Origin: Minisyncoccia bacterium
Lineage (GTDB): Bacteria > Patescibacteriota > Minisyncoccia > Phycocordibacterales > Phycocordibacteraceae
Length of the DNA stretch: 64,000 bases
Assembly (NCBI GenBank): GCA_038207395.1
Contig: JBBQZW010000002.1
Location: forward strand, 69,752-133,751
Reading direction: 5' to 3'
Shown: in pieces, positions 25,851-36,712 of the stretch
Position numbering within the stretch: the stretch's first letter is position 1
Layout of the letters: each line of letters begins with the position of its first letter
The notes under the pieces: generated by a model
Told to the model about the DNA's origin: nothing
Database searches by the model: none
What the model saw: the letters and a program-made list of their open reading frames with translations, nothing else
Made by a program: the position numbers and the translations under genes

Positions 25851-27854
25851 CTACGCCTCGATGATATTCTCTGCACCGTATTCATCCGCCTCATCATAAT
25901 TAACAAGTAGAGGATCAATATCACGTAAGAACGATGAGGGTTCAGACATGTAGTCGGTGCCATATATGCGGCGGATGCGTGCAAGTGTGAGAATGAGCCG
26001 CTTCTTTGCGCGCGTTACGGCAACATAGAAAAGTCGACGTTCTTCTTCCTCGTCACGATTCTCGTCAGTACCCATGCCCTCATGGGGGAACAATCCTTCT
26101 TCGAGACCGGTTACAAAGACCACATCGAACTCAAGACCTTTTGCTGCGTGAACCGTCATGAGAGTTACCCCTGTCTTCCCTTCTGAACGATCCATCTCAT
26201 CCTGATCACCAGCGAGAGCGGCATCTGCTAGGAATGCGCAAATTCCTTCAAGTCCTGGAACACTGTCATAGCGGCTTGCGAGCGCTCCTAGTTCGCGCAC
26301 ATTCTCTAAACGTTCCTGTCCTTCCTCCCCTTCTTTTAAAAGTGCTGATTCTAGGCCACTTTTCTCCACAACAAGTTTAACGAATGCTGAAGGAGGTGTT
26401 GTTTGCGCTAGTTCCGTAAGACCTTGAACAATCATTTCAAATGCATCAACTTTTACCGCATCCCCAGCACGAAGCTCATTTCGCTTCCCTGCTAGAATTT
26501 TTCCGAGGGTAACTTTCCCAATACCGCGTGAGGGTGATTGTACCGCGCGCATGCGGTCAGACTCACGTCCAGGATCAAGCGCTAATCGCACCCAAGAAAG
26601 AACATCCTTAACTTCTTTACGATCATAGAATCGCGTACCTAAAAGTTTGTAGGGAACACCAGAATGCAAAAAAGCTTCTTCAAGTGCTCGAGACTGTGCA
26701 TTTGTTCGGTAAAGCACGGCAACCTCTTCCGGCTTGGTTCCCCGGCCCATACAGCGCTTTGCTTCGCGTGCCACCCATGCTGCCTCCTGCTCCGCGTTAC
26801 CTGCTGGATGAATAGTTATACGGTCGCCCTGCACATTGTCCGTTACTGCATGTTTGTCTTTTCGATTACGGTTTTTCTCAATGATCATATTTGCAGCATC
26901 AACAATTGTTTTCGTTGAGCGATAGTTATGATCAAGCACAATGTGTTTTGCTGTTGGATACGTATCTTCAAACTTCAGTAAATTATCAATAGTTGCTCCT
27001 CTCCACGTATATATTGACTGATCGATGTCCCCCACCACAAAAATATTCTGACGGGAACCAGCTATGAGTTTCGCAAGCTCACCCTGAAGCTCATTGGTAT
27101 CTTGAAACTCATCAACATGGAGGTGAGAGAACCGCTCGCGTACACGTACACGCACGTCCTCGTGCTCGCGTAAAAGCTTTACCGGTAAGACGATAAGATC
27201 ATCGAAGTCGAGTGCTTTTTCTTTCTTGAGTTTATCTTCGTATCTGATCCATGCTTCAGCGACAATGCGTGATTTGAAACTTTCACGACTATGTTTGTCA
27301 CGAAACTCTTGCAAGCTAATTCCTTCTGATTTTGCTTTTGAGATACGGCCTAAAATACCAGCTGGAGGTACTTCTTTTGGGTCAATATCAAGTGCTTTGA
27401 GTGCCTCACGAATAGCACTCTTTGAATCATCTCGATCAAAGATCGTGAAATAGCGCGGTATACCCATAACACTTCCATATGTTTGAAGAAGTTCACGCCC
27501 TAAGCCGTGAAAAGTTGCCACAAACGGCAAGGGACTGTCAGGTAATCGATGAGTAAGGCGTTCACGCATTTCACGAGCCGCCTTATTCGTGAATGTAACG
27601 GCGAGAATGCTATCTGCAGGAACCCCTAGTCGTATTAAATGGTAAATGCGTGTCGTGAGGACGGAAGTTTTGCCTGAGCCAGCACCTGCAAGAACAGATA
27701 CGGGACCATCTACGGCAAGAACAGCTTCTTTTTGGCGAGGATTAAGATGTGAAATGTACTCAGGAGAAGAAGACATTACAAGACTATACCAAAATGCGTC
27801 ACTAAGTCGCGTGGTATAAGCATAATTACACTTAATTATTGCTAATTTGTACAT
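25851..27854 (-). CDS. UvrD/PcrA-family ATP-dependent DNA helicase
   Basis: LNPRQKEAV...AGAGSGKT Walker A, plus downstream helicase motifs (DEFQDTN, VGDxxQSIY). 667 aa. Confidence 0.85.
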   Translation of the reverse strand: MYKLAIIKCNYAYTTRLSDAFWYSLVMSSSPEYISHLNPRQKEAVLAVDGPVSVLAGAGSGKTSVLTTRIYHLIRLGVPADSILAVTFTNKAAREMRERLTHRLPDSPLPFVATFHGLGRELLQTYGSVMGIPRYFTIFDRDDSKSAIREALKALDIDPKEVPPAGILGRISKAKSEGISLQEFRDKHSRESFKSRIVAEAWIRYEDKLKKEKALDFDDLIVLPVKLLREHEDVRVRVRERFSHLHVDEFQDTNELQGELAKLIAGSRQNIFVVGDIDQSIYTWRGATIDNLLKFEDTYPTAKHIVLDHNYRSTKTIVDAANMIIEKNRNRKDKHAVTDNVQGDRITIHPAGNAEQEAAWVAREAKRCMGRGTKPEEVAVLYRTNAQSRALEEAFLHSGVPYKLLGTRFYDRKEVKDVLSWVRLALDPGRESDRMRAVQSPSRGIGKVTLGKILAGKRNELRAGDAVKVDAFEMIVQGLTELAQTTPPSAFVKLVVEKSGLESALLKEGEEGQERLENVRELGALASRYDSVPGLEGICAFLADAALAGDQDEMDRSEGKTGVTLMTVHAAKGLEFDVVFVTGLEEGLFPHEGMGTDENRDEEEERRLFYVAVTRAKKRLILTLARIRRIYGTDYMSEPSSFLRDIDPLLVNYDEADEYGAENIIEA

Positions 27855-28048
27855 AAGTATGCTTCATGCAATCTCCACATTTAGTACCCGTGTCAAGATT
27901 GACCTCATCCTCTCCCAAGCTATACTTTCCTAGTTGATTGATAGACCGTAACTCAAGAAAAGGCTTATGTAAGCCTTTTTTGTATTCTGAAGATTCGCTG
28001 AAGACCCATCACCCTCGTATTTCAAAGCACCCTCATTCCTCCGACGTC

Positions 28049-29224
28049 ATGCTTGCGAGCAAGCGAAGGAGCATATACTCAAGGAAGCTCACGTTTGTTG
28101 GTCTAACCGCCCTTACTGGATCCTTTTTTCTAGGAGTATTAACTCTTATTTCTCCTACATCAGTCCAGGCTACCTGGCCTTTTACCTCTGTACTAGCTGC
28201 AGATGGTGCTTCCCCCGTTCTCCATGATAGTTCTATGCGCCTTTTAGCTGCAGCGCTTAACACCGACCCTAATCCAGTAAAAGGGTACGATGGACTCACT
28301 CTCTCAGAAGGTTCCGCTCTTGTAGCTAATGGTGGTCCTGATGGCCAATTTCCCGATACGAGCAGTCTTTCCAACACAATCACCTCTTCCGGTGATAACA
28401 ATATTTCCGTATATACCGTGAAAGACGGCGACTCAATTTCAAGTATTGCCGCTGCCTTTGGTGTTTCTGTTAACACTATTCTTTGGGCGAACGATCTCAC
28501 TACCCGCAGCACTATTCGATCAGGAATGACACTCATTATTCTCCCCGTATCAGGGGTAACTCATACTGTTGGTAAAGGTGAAACACTCTCCTCTATTGCT
28601 GCACAATACCGCGCTTCGTCAGGTGAAATTGCTACATTTAATGGTCTTGATGCTGACGCAACCGTTGTTGTTGGATCAACGCTTATTATCCCCGGCGGTG
28701 AGGATACAAAAGCAGTATCTGTAAAATCAAATACCACTCAAGCGCCGTCAACAAAAACGGGCTCTAAGAATACTTCAAAAACTACTCCCACAAAAAAAGC
28801 TGCTACTACTGTTAAAGCAGACCTAAGCCCATCTTCAAGTAGTGGTAGTTACTTTAATAATCCAGTGCCTGGAGCGCTTCTGACCCAAGGTATTCATGGA
28901 AAGAATGGTGTTGACCTCGGTGCACCGTCGGGTACCCCAATTCATGCAGCAGCAGCAGGTACGGTAATTATTTCGAAGGGTGATGCGGGGTGGAATGGAG
29001 GATACGGGTCATATGTGGTTATAAGCCACTCAAATGGAACCCAGACGCTCTACTCACACATGCTCAAGGACTTGGTAAGTGTTGGTGATACCGTTTCTCA
29101 AGGAGAAGTCATCGGATACGTTGGAGAGACGGGTGAAGCAACAGGGAATCACCTCCACTTTGAGATTCGAGGCGCAAAGAATCCTTTTGGCTATAGCTGT
29201 ACGGTAATGTCTAAGTGCTACTAA
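28049..29224 (+). CDS. LysM-domain M23 family peptidase
   Basis: Signal-anchor. Two LysM-like repeats (DSISSIAAAFGVSVNTILWAN and ETLSSIAAQY). C-terminal M23 motifs (GNHLHFEIR, HxH). Start moved to the ATG at 28049. Confidence 0.8.
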   Translation: MLASKRRSIYSRKLTFVGLTALTGSFFLGVLTLISPTSVQATWPFTSVLAADGASPVLHDSSMRLLAAALNTDPNPVKGYDGLTLSEGSALVANGGPDGQFPDTSSLSNTITSSGDNNISVYTVKDGDSISSIAAAFGVSVNTILWANDLTTRSTIRSGMTLIILPVSGVTHTVGKGETLSSIAAQYRASSGEIATFNGLDADATVVVGSTLIIPGGEDTKAVSVKSNTTQAPSTKTGSKNTSKTTPTKKAATTVKADLSPSSSSGSYFNNPVPGALLTQGIHGKNGVDLGAPSGTPIHAAAAGTVIISKGDAGWNGGYGSYVVISHSNGTQTLYSHMLKDLVSVGDTVSQGEVIGYVGETGEATGNHLHFEIRGAKNPFGYSCTVMSKCY

Positions 29225-29235
29225 GAACTACATTA

Positions 29236-30762
29236 TTACTCAAACCCTAGGAGTCCTCGGGGACGATACTGAAGTGCCTCCAGAATATGCGCTGGTTCTA
29301 CATACTCCGCCTCCGCCAAGTCAGCTATTGTTCGTGCAACGCGTAAGGTGCGATGAAAACTTCTCGGAGAAAGAGATAGTTTTCGTGCGTAGGTAATAAG
29401 AACTTCTTTAGATTGTTTGAGAATTATTTTTTCAGTAAGCTCATGCGCTAGAAGATACGCGTTGGCAAATCCAAAGTCCCCTGCTCTCGTCTCACTTGCG
29501 CTTCGCGCTCGTTGTACTCGCTTGCGGACATCATCTGAAGATTCAGCTGACGGCATAGATGTAAGCAGTTCATGGGATATATGAGGAACTTCAACCCACA
29601 TATCGAGACGTTCCACTATGGGTCGTGAAATTTTTCGTGCCTGGCTACGTGCTTTTCGTACTATGTCCGCACCCGCACCCACAAGTGTCTCAGCAGGATT
29701 CATTGCTGCCACCAGCATGAAATCTGCGGGGAATGTTGTGGTACCTTTCGCACGCGAGATAGTGACGACTCTATCTTCAAGAGGTTGTCGTAAGACCTCA
29801 AGCGTACGCGAATCAAATTCAGGAAATTCATCCATGAAAAGAATTCCTTTGTGCGCGAGCGTTACTTCTCCTGGACGCGGATACCCTCCGCCCCCTAGTA
29901 TGGCTGTCGGTGAGACCGTATGGTGGGGTGCGCGAAATGGTGGATAGTAAAAAGCTCCTTCCAGAGGTAATTCACCTCCTGCTGAGTGAATAGCCGTAAC
30001 CTCCAGACGTTCTTCTTCAGAAAGTGGCGGTAAGAGTCCCGGTAGTGCACGCGCTAACATTGTCTTCCCTGTTCCTGGAGGGCCGTACAGTACAATGTTG
30101 TGTTTTCCTGAAGCAGCTATCTCGAGAGCTCTCTTTGCACCCTCCTGGCCTTTAATATGTTGCAAATCTACTGTCAGAGGAGGCGCACTCACCGAACTTC
30201 TCCTTTCTACGGGGGAAAGAAGTCTCTTTCTTAAGAGGTGGTCAGTAAGCTCACTAAAAGTCGATACGGAGTATACAGATATCCCGTTCACGAGGCTCGC
30301 CTCGTCTTCGTTTTTCTTCGGTACAAATATGTAATCAATTTCCTCCTTCAAGGCAGCGGTGATCTGAGAAAGTACTCCGCGAACAGGACGCACTGCGCCG
30401 TCTAGTCCAAGCTCACCAATAAATAAGATGGGTTTTTGAGATGCGGGAATTTCTCCAGCCGCCATAAGATACGAAACAGCGAGAGCAACATCATAGTGTG
30501 AACCTTCTTTTCGTAAGCTTGCAGGAGAAAGAGAAAGTACAATCCTTTTATTAGTTGCCTTTGGCGAAGGAAAACCAGAATTTCTTATTGCACTCGCGAT
30601 GCGGTCCCGCGCTTCATCAACTGCCTTGTCTGCAAGTCCCACTATCGAGAATGCATGTAGACCATGAGACAGATCAGCTTCAACACACACAAGCTCAGCC
30701 CCTGCCCCATACGGCTGTGCTGCATAGACACTCGCGTACCCACCTTTTCTTACGTATGGCAT
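29236..30762 (-). CDS. YifB/ComM family Mg-chelatase-like AAA+ ATPase
   Basis: N-terminal Lon-like/ChlI domain, Walker [10 protein letters not shown]-terminal Mg_chelatase_C. 508 aa. Confidence 0.85.
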   Translation of the reverse strand: MPYVRKGGYASVYAAQPYGAGAELVCVEADLSHGLHAFSIVGLADKAVDEARDRIASAIRNSGFPSPKATNKRIVLSLSPASLRKEGSHYDVALAVSYLMAAGEIPASQKPILFIGELGLDGAVRPVRGVLSQITAALKEEIDYIFVPKKNEDEASLVNGISVYSVSTFSELTDHLLRKRLLSPVERRSSVSAPPLTVDLQHIKGQEGAKRALEIAASGKHNIVLYGPPGTGKTMLARALPGLLPPLSEEERLEVTAIHSAGGELPLEGAFYYPPFRAPHHTVSPTAILGGGGYPRPGEVTLAHKGILFMDEFPEFDSRTLEVLRQPLEDRVVTISRAKGTTTFPADFMLVAAMNPAETLVGAGADIVRKARSQARKISRPIVERLDMWVEVPHISHELLTSMPSAESSDDVRKRVQRARSASETRAGDFGFANAYLLAHELTEKIILKQSKEVLITYARKLSLSPRSFHRTLRVARTIADLAEAEYVEPAHILEALQYRPRGLLGFE

Positions 30763-30843
30763 CTACGTACTGTATGGCTCGCAGGTCTCTCTCAGCGCCT
30801 GATTTGTGGGGGAAAAGTGCTAAACCACTTTATAAAATATTTA

Positions 30844-30874
30844 TCCCACCACCTGACGGGTGGTGGGATAAATA
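30844..30874 (-). terminator. 13 bp-stem hairpin terminator
   Basis: TTATCCCACCACC-TGACG-GGTGGTGGGATAA followed by an AT-rich tail on the minus strand. Downstream of the 30899 gene. Confidence 0.5.
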
Positions 30875-30898
30875 TCTCCACATAAAAACAAAGTTTCT

Positions 30899-31555
30899 TT
30901 ATGTACTTACTGGTTCCTGAACGACTAGCGCCATTTCTTTTGTAAGTGTGCGGTACGCATGAATCACTGCAATAGTAGAAATCGGAATCGTAACAATAAG
31001 ACCAACTAGAAGTGCACACGCGCCGAGGATATTAATACCAAGAAGTGCGAGACCGAGTAAAAACAGATTCCAACGGTTGCCCTTTGTACGAAGTGCACTT
31101 TCGCGAAGTGCTGCAACGGGTGATAGTTCTTTTTCCAAAACTATGTACTGAGAGAAACCAAATACTATTCCTAGAATAATGCCGGGGACAATAAATAGTA
31201 TGAGACCAAGTATGGTTGCAGCTCCAGTAAGTATGGAAGCGCCGGCATATTTTAGAAATGGCTGAGGACGCCACAAGTCAGTTATTTTTGTGTTCTCAAC
31301 AGAATCATGACTTTTTAAGTAGAAGTTTGCCTTTCCCATGCTTACGAGGAAAGAAATACCACTACTAATAATGAACGTTACACCGGCAATAAGTATTCCC
31401 TCAATGCCATGAATATTTTTTGTAAGTGCACGTGGAATATCGCCAATCACACTAATAAACAAAATAACTGCTCCTGCACCAATAAATAACCAAGGTCGTG
31501 AAGTGAACGTTTTCCACCCCACTGAAAGACATTCTTTTACGGATAGTTCGTTCAT
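30899..31555 (-). CDS. polytopic membrane protein, hypothetical
   Basis: 218 aa with about 6 TM helices. Confidence 0.4.
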   Translation of the reverse strand: MNELSVKECLSVGWKTFTSRPWLFIGAGAVILFISVIGDIPRALTKNIHGIEGILIAGVTFIISSGISFLVSMGKANFYLKSHDSVENTKITDLWRPQPFLKYAGASILTGAATILGLILFIVPGIILGIVFGFSQYIVLEKELSPVAALRESALRTKGNRWNLFLLGLALLGINILGACALLVGLIVTIPISTIAVIHAYRTLTKEMALVVQEPVST

Positions 31556-31565
31556 AGTAATTCTA

Positions 31566-31919
31566 TTAGACTAGGTGTGCTTTGCATGTACGGGCCGTAG
31601 GATCAGCATCAAGACGTTCTGGTTCAATAGCTTCCCCACTTACTTCACACACGCCATAGGTGCCAGTATCAATTCGTCCTAGAGCTGCTAAGACGTCGTT
31701 ATAACGGAGTTCAAGGTCAGTTAATATCGCAGCGTTTTCACTAAAATGCTCCATCTGGTCGGCGCGGTCATTAGGATCTGATTCTTGTCCGGTTTCCTGA
31801 GGAACAGGTTCCCAATCATTAAGATTTGAAGGGTTTCTTCGGCCAACGGTTGCAAGCTCTTTCTCAAGCGTTTCCTTTTCTTCTAGTAAACGGGATGCGT
31901 AACTACTGGTATCGTTCAT
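31566..31919 (-). CDS. DksA/TraR family zinc-finger protein
   Basis: Coiled-coil N-terminus. C-terminal GTYGVCEVSGEAIEPERLDADPTARTCKAH matches the DksA/TraR C4-type finger, here partly degenerate. Confidence 0.6.
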   Translation of the reverse strand: MNDTSSYASRLLEEKETLEKELATVGRRNPSNLNDWEPVPQETGQESDPNDRADQMEHFSENAAILTDLELRYNDVLAALGRIDTGTYGVCEVSGEAIEPERLDADPTARTCKAHLV

Positions 31920-31959
31920 ATGCCTTAAACTTTACCACGTGTTTCGCTGCCCCGCTCTC

Positions 31960-33453
31960 CTAATTCCCCGGCAAACTTACACGCGAAAGAAGTTCTGAAA
32001 ATGCCGCTTCATCACGAGCGATTATGAGAATGTCTTTGCCACGGTACCCGTAGAGGAGGATACTTCGGCCAGAGTCATCACGAACTATGCGTACATTATG
32101 ATTTGCTACGACTGCATCAGTGAATACGGGGGATTGTGAGGTAATTGCTGACGATTGAGGAGAAGTTGATGCTGTGATCTGTGCAAGTGAAGGATAAGGA
32201 GGGTAAAGAATAGCTATGTCCTCCTGCATGGTTTGTTCCCACGCGAGCATTCCAGCAAAGGTACGCTCATAGGAATTTACTTTCAAAATAAAGAATGGAC
32301 GTGACTCACTTCCAGCACGAATAGTTCCGACTGTGCTGGTTTCATCTATATTGCGTAAAAGAATATCGGGTGCAGCCAATGTCAGAGCTTTTATGAGCAT
32401 GCCTCCCTGTTGAGGAATTCCGGTTGTGCTTGTTGCATTTGGTCCTGTTACATACGTAACTATCACGTTTCCTGCAACACTCCCCCCTTGAGCAACATTT
32501 GAAAGCGCAGCCATAAGTTCGCTACCGGTACCTTTTATTTCTACGCTCTCATCAAAGCGAATGAGTGAAGGTACCGTAACACCAAGTGGTTGAGACGAAG
32601 GTTTGCGAGTAACTACGTACGCTCCAGTTACAGCACCAATTCCAATAATTAGCATCGCAACACCTACAAGAAGGGGTGCGTACGAGCGTTTGATACGTGT
32701 GGAACGGATGAGTACCTGACTTTGGTCTGCATCACTTTGCGCAGCAAGTACTGAAAATGTTGAACTCTTTTGTTCGTCTATATGATCAGCAAAATCACTC
32801 GAGTACGTATGAATTGGTGACGGTATTCCCTGAAGTGCATCAGCGGGGGTGGGAGGAACAAACGCAGGAACCTCAATTGCGGGTGTCTGTGGAAGAGTTG
32901 GTTCGGGAGTTGTGGAGAAATCTGGTGCAGCTTCGCGTATTAGTGGTTCGGGAGCCACGGTCTGTGCACGAGTAATTTCTTCTTGCTGAGAGGCAAGTTT
33001 AGCTCGAAGACGTGCAAGAACCATTTCACGATCCTCCTCAGGTTCTTTGGGAGGCTCCGTAATTGTATTTTTTATCTCCGGATTTGGCGCCAATGAAAGT
33101 GAAGAAAATGCTGCTGTAGGTGCTGTAGATGATGGAGTGTCGCTGATTTGCCCTACAAAGATACCCTCAGAATCTGAAGCACTTAAGGTTACTTCTTCCT
33201 GAGCAAATTCTTTTGGTGAGACACTGTTTTCTGCAGTGTTTATTTGGGACGAATCAAATTCTTCAACAGTTACTCCTGCTTCAGTGGTGGTGCCAGAAAC
33301 TGCGGGGATAATCGTGGACGCTGGAGTTCCTACAATAGGAGTGTTTGTGACTTGAGCAACATCCTTTGCATACGTACGAATATATTTTGACGCATCAATC
33401 TGCGGCGTGTACTCAGAGAGTGCTTTTTGAGATAAGGGAGAAGCAGGATCCAT
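31960..33453 (-). CDS. hypothetical membrane-anchored protein
   Basis: 497 aa. Low-complexity N-terminal half, a TM at about residue 250, then a C-terminal ectodomain. Confidence 0.4.
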   Translation of the reverse strand: MDPASPLSQKALSEYTPQIDASKYIRTYAKDVAQVTNTPIVGTPASTIIPAVSGTTTEAGVTVEEFDSSQINTAENSVSPKEFAQEEVTLSASDSEGIFVGQISDTPSSTAPTAAFSSLSLAPNPEIKNTITEPPKEPEEDREMVLARLRAKLASQQEEITRAQTVAPEPLIREAAPDFSTTPEPTLPQTPAIEVPAFVPPTPADALQGIPSPIHTYSSDFADHIDEQKSSTFSVLAAQSDADQSQVLIRSTRIKRSYAPLLVGVAMLIIGIGAVTGAYVVTRKPSSQPLGVTVPSLIRFDESVEIKGTGSELMAALSNVAQGGSVAGNVIVTYVTGPNATSTTGIPQQGGMLIKALTLAAPDILLRNIDETSTVGTIRAGSESRPFFILKVNSYERTFAGMLAWEQTMQEDIAILYPPYPSLAQITASTSPQSSAITSQSPVFTDAVVANHNVRIVRDDSGRSILLYGYRGKDILIIARDEAAFSELLSRVSLPGN

Positions 33454-33465
33454 TCTTATCTATTG

Positions 33466-33499
33466 TACACAGAAGGCCCCGAAATCGGGGCCTTCTGTG
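33466..33499. terminator. 15 bp-stem hairpin (putative terminator)
   Basis: ACACAGAAGGCCCCG-AAAT-CGGGGCCTTCTGTGT. Confidence 0.5.
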
Positions 33500-33522
33500 T
33501 TAACTACTTAGAAGAGAGTATG

Positions 33523-34041
33523 TTACGCACCACGCTGACTGATCAAATATTTCTTTGGGTTCTCACACATATCAGTGAATGCGTGAGCGGCTTCCTTAAG
33601 TTTTGACGAAGATGATTTCCCGAAAGAAATAACTTCAACCTGACAGCCCATGTTCATATCTAAATATTCAATGAGTGGGACAAAGTCTCCATCCCCTGTT
33701 GCAAGTACGACGGTATCAAGTTTTGGTGCGAGTTTCACTGCATCAATAGCAAGACCAACGTCCCAGTCTGCTTTCTTCGCGCCATCTGAGAAAACTTGGA
33801 GACCTTTCACTTTTGTTTCTATACCAATTTTAGTAAGTGCATCAAAGAAGGCGGTCTCATCACCACTTTCAGTGGAAATAACGTAGGCGATAGCGCGCAC
33901 GAGCGTGCGGTCACCAAGTGCTTCTTCAAGAACTTTCGCAAAATTTACGCGAGTCTTATAAAGATGTTTCGCACTGTGATATAGATTTTGCGTGTCAATG
34001 AATACGCCGACACGTTGAGCTGGATGTTTAATAACTGCCAT
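33523..34041 (-). CDS. NYN (LabA-like) domain protein
   Basis: VGVFIDTQNLYHS ... VLATGDGDFVPLI are NYN/PIN-like catalytic motifs. Start taken as the internal Met (MAVIKHPAQRVGVFID). Confidence 0.6.
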   Translation of the reverse strand: MAVIKHPAQRVGVFIDTQNLYHSAKHLYKTRVNFAKVLEEALGDRTLVRAIAYVISTESGDETAFFDALTKIGIETKVKGLQVFSDGAKKADWDVGLAIDAVKLAPKLDTVVLATGDGDFVPLIEYLDMNMGCQVEVISFGKSSSSKLKEAAHAFTDMCENPKKYLISQRGA

Positions 34042-34129
34042 ATAAAAATAGACTAAAGTTTTATTAAAATAAGGAATGCACTGCCCTGCACTCCATACTA
34101 GCACTTACAAATACGTGTTGAATCAAATG

Positions 34130-34160
34130 TAAAACAAAAGGCGGCTTTTGCCGCCTTTTG
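34130..34160 (-). terminator. rho-independent terminator of rpsO
   Basis: On the minus strand: GGCGGC-AAAA-GCCGCC followed by TTTTGTTTT. Confidence 0.65.
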
Positions 34161-34427
34161 TTACTTCTTAAGGCCCAGTTTCTTCACGACTGCGCTGTAC
34201 TGACGCTTGTTGCTCTTTTCGAGGTAACGAAGGTGAGCGCGACGATCAGCAACCATCTGAAGAAGACCGCGACGTGAGTGAAAATCTTTCTGATTTTTCT
34301 TCAAGTGACGGGTAAGCTCTTCGATTTTACGGCTAAGAATAGCGATCTGAACCGAAGCTGAGCCGGTGTCTAGATCGTGCATCGCGGTGTTTTTAATTAC
34401 CGCTGTTTTAACTCGTTTTGTAAGCAT
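34161..34427 (-). CDS. rpsO: 30S ribosomal protein S15
   Basis: ...GSASVQIAILSRKIEELTRHLKKNQKDFHSRRGLLQMVADRRAHLRYL is the S15 consensus. 88 aa from the Met at 34427. Confidence 0.85.
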   Translation of the reverse strand: MLTKRVKTAVIKNTAMHDLDTGSASVQIAILSRKIEELTRHLKKNQKDFHSRRGLLQMVADRRAHLRYLEKSNKRQYSAVVKKLGLKK

Positions 34428-34534
34428 TGGCCTTAGATTACCACACCTTGCTAAATTGCGCAAGTGTTCCCTAGTTCGCAGGTCATCTCTACGAAAGCAA
34501 ATATTGTACGAAGTGAGGTGCTACACTATTTGTA

Positions 34535-35442
34535 TGAATGCTGAGCATATAAAGCGTGAATTCCTTGAATATACCGAAATTGAACGTGGTAGAGCCGTGA
34601 AAACCATCCAGAACTACGAACATTACCTCACGCGTTTCTTTACTCACATGAATATTGTCTCAGTGAGCGATATTACTGAGGAAAAAGTACGAGAATTCCG
34701 TCTATGGCTTAACCGCCAGCCAGGAACAGGGCCCGATACCCTTAAACGACGCACCCAGAACTACTATTTAATTGCTTTGCGCTCATTTCTTAAGTTTTTA
34801 CGTAAGCGCGGAATTGACGGGCTTTCACCTGAAAAAATTGAGCTAGCAAAAGTGCCAGAACGTCATCTTGATCTTATATCTTCAATAGAACTAGATCGTT
34901 TGCTTTCAGCGGCTGACGGAACAGGTGAGCGCGGACTTCGTGATCGCGCAATACTTGAACTCCTTTTTTCCACCGGCCTTCGCGTTTCTGAGCTTTGTTC
35001 CCTTGATACTGATCTCGATCTTTCACGCGACAGCTTTTCAATACGAGGAAAAGGTGAAAAGGTTCGCGTTGTTTTCTTCTCAGATGTCGCCAAAGATGCC
35101 GTACGTACGTACCTTAAGTCGCGCAAAGATATGGAACAAGCTCTTTTTGTGAGCGTACCGAGAAGTAGAAATACGAAAGCGTCCCCTTCCCGACTTACGC
35201 CCCGATCAATTGAACTACTTATAAAAACATATGCTGCAAAAGCGGGTATTACAAAAAAAGTTACTCCTCACGTTATGCGACACTCATTTGCGACTGACTT
35301 GTTAAATAATGGCGCAGATATTAGGTCTGTGCAGCAGCTATTGGGTCACGCCTCTATTACTACTACCCAAATTTATACTCACGTTACTGATGCGCACCTG
35401 GCCCAAGTACATAAACAATTTCATTCGCGCAAGAGATCGTAA
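34535..35442 (+). CDS. tyrosine recombinase XerC/XerD family
   Basis: C-terminal HVMRHSFATDLLNNGADIRSVQQLLGHASITTTQIYTHV (R..H..R..Y catalytic tetrad). N-terminal SAM-like domain. Start at the ATG at 34535. Confidence 0.8.
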
Positions 35443-35502
35443 TTCGCTTTAGTATTCCCAGTTTGGGTTGGAGTGTTTGATCTCGAGAGATAGAATAAGT
35501 AT

Positions 35503-36267
35503 ATGAAAATTGTTTCCTGGAATGTTAATGGGCTGCGAGCTGTTCATCGAAATGGATATTGGGAACCATTTCTACGAGCTGCAAAACCTGATATCTTCTG
35601 TTTCCAGGAAGTAAAAGCGGAGCCAGACCAATTACCTGAAGAAGTTCGTGAGCTGGGAGGATTCTCTTCCTTCTTTGCACCATCTAAGACTAAGAAGGGA
35701 TACAGTGGTGTAGCAATTTACTCGCGTATTGAACCTTTGTCCGTAATATACGGGATGAGCATTAAAGAGTTTGATGATGAAGGACGGCTTATTGGCGCAG
35801 AATATGACGATTTCTGGCTTTTGAATATTTACTTCCCTAATGGCGGACGTGGCCCTGAACGTCTTGATTTTAAACTTCGCTACTACAACGCTTTTTTAGC
35901 CTTTAGTCAGCAGCTCCGAGAGTCAAAACCTGTTATTTTTTGCGGGGACGTAAATACTGCTCACTTCCCTATTGACCTTGCGCGCCCAAAAGAAAATGAA
36001 AAGAATACAGGGTTTTTGCCTATTGAACGTAAGTGGATGGATGAACTAATAGAGTCAGGCTATGTGGATGCTTTTAGACAGTTTCATCCACAACAGAGTG
36101 AGATATATAGTTATTGGGATACTTTTACCCATGCTCGTGAGCGAAATGTGGGCTGGAGAATTGATTACTTTTTTGTAGTAAATGAATTTTTTAAGAATAT
36201 AAAGAAAACTGAGATACACACTGAAATATACGGATCTGACCATTGCCCAATTTCCATTACACTCTAA
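35503..36267 (+). CDS. xth: exodeoxyribonuclease III (AP endonuclease)
   Basis: MKIVSWNVNGLRA ... FCFQE ... GDVNTAH ... SDHCP are EEP-family motifs. Confidence 0.85.
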   Translation: MKIVSWNVNGLRAVHRNGYWEPFLRAAKPDIFCFQEVKAEPDQLPEEVRELGGFSSFFAPSKTKKGYSGVAIYSRIEPLSVIYGMSIKEFDDEGRLIGAEYDDFWLLNIYFPNGGRGPERLDFKLRYYNAFLAFSQQLRESKPVIFCGDVNTAHFPIDLARPKENEKNTGFLPIERKWMDELIESGYVDAFRQFHPQQSEIYSYWDTFTHARERNVGWRIDYFFVVNEFFKNIKKTEIHTEIYGSDHCPISITL

Positions 36268-36712
36268 AGGACATTTATCCCCATATATGTCCTTTACCTT
36301 GTCCTATATAAGAGTATGCTCATATATAGACCAGGGACATAAAGCTGCGAAGTAATATGTAGCCCGGGATAGATTGATCTTTTATTGCTCTTTGTTCAAA
36401 AGTAATCAGAAGCGATCACTATATGCGAATATCCTGCTTGCGCCATCGGGACGTATTCCCCGAATAATAAGAAAGTAAGGAAAGTTCGTTACACGTGAAA
36501 GCAAAAATATAAAGCGATATAAGGACTACTAAGCTCCTGAAGGCCATCCATACCTTGCCCAGCTCCCAACCTGGCCTTCAAAACAAAGTCCCACATTTGC
36601 TGTTCTTAAAGTGCCTAAGAGGCCGTGCAGAGCGATTTCAAAGATTGGAATCCCTCTTCACGGCCTCTTTTTGTATATATTTCACGTGAAACTAGTCTAT
36701 TTTAGACAGTTT

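Noticed and set aside
30844-30874. TTATCCCACCACC hairpin resembling a DnaA box
   Set aside because: It is a perfect 13 bp inverted repeat placed exactly at the 3' end of the 30899 gene. It fits a terminator better than an isolated DnaA box, and it is far from dnaA.
34535-35442. Xer-type recombinase as the integrase of a mobile element
   Set aside because: It sits between rpsO and xth with no flanking repeats or phage-like genes visible, and CPR genomes often carry a single chromosomal Xer. It is treated as a housekeeping dimer-resolution recombinase.
36460-36500. Possible RNase P RNA P4 motif (AGGAAAGT)
   Set aside because: Only the first 8 nt of the conserved GAGGAAAGTCCGGGCTC core are present and no complementary 3' half was found, so there is not enough for an RNA-gene call.
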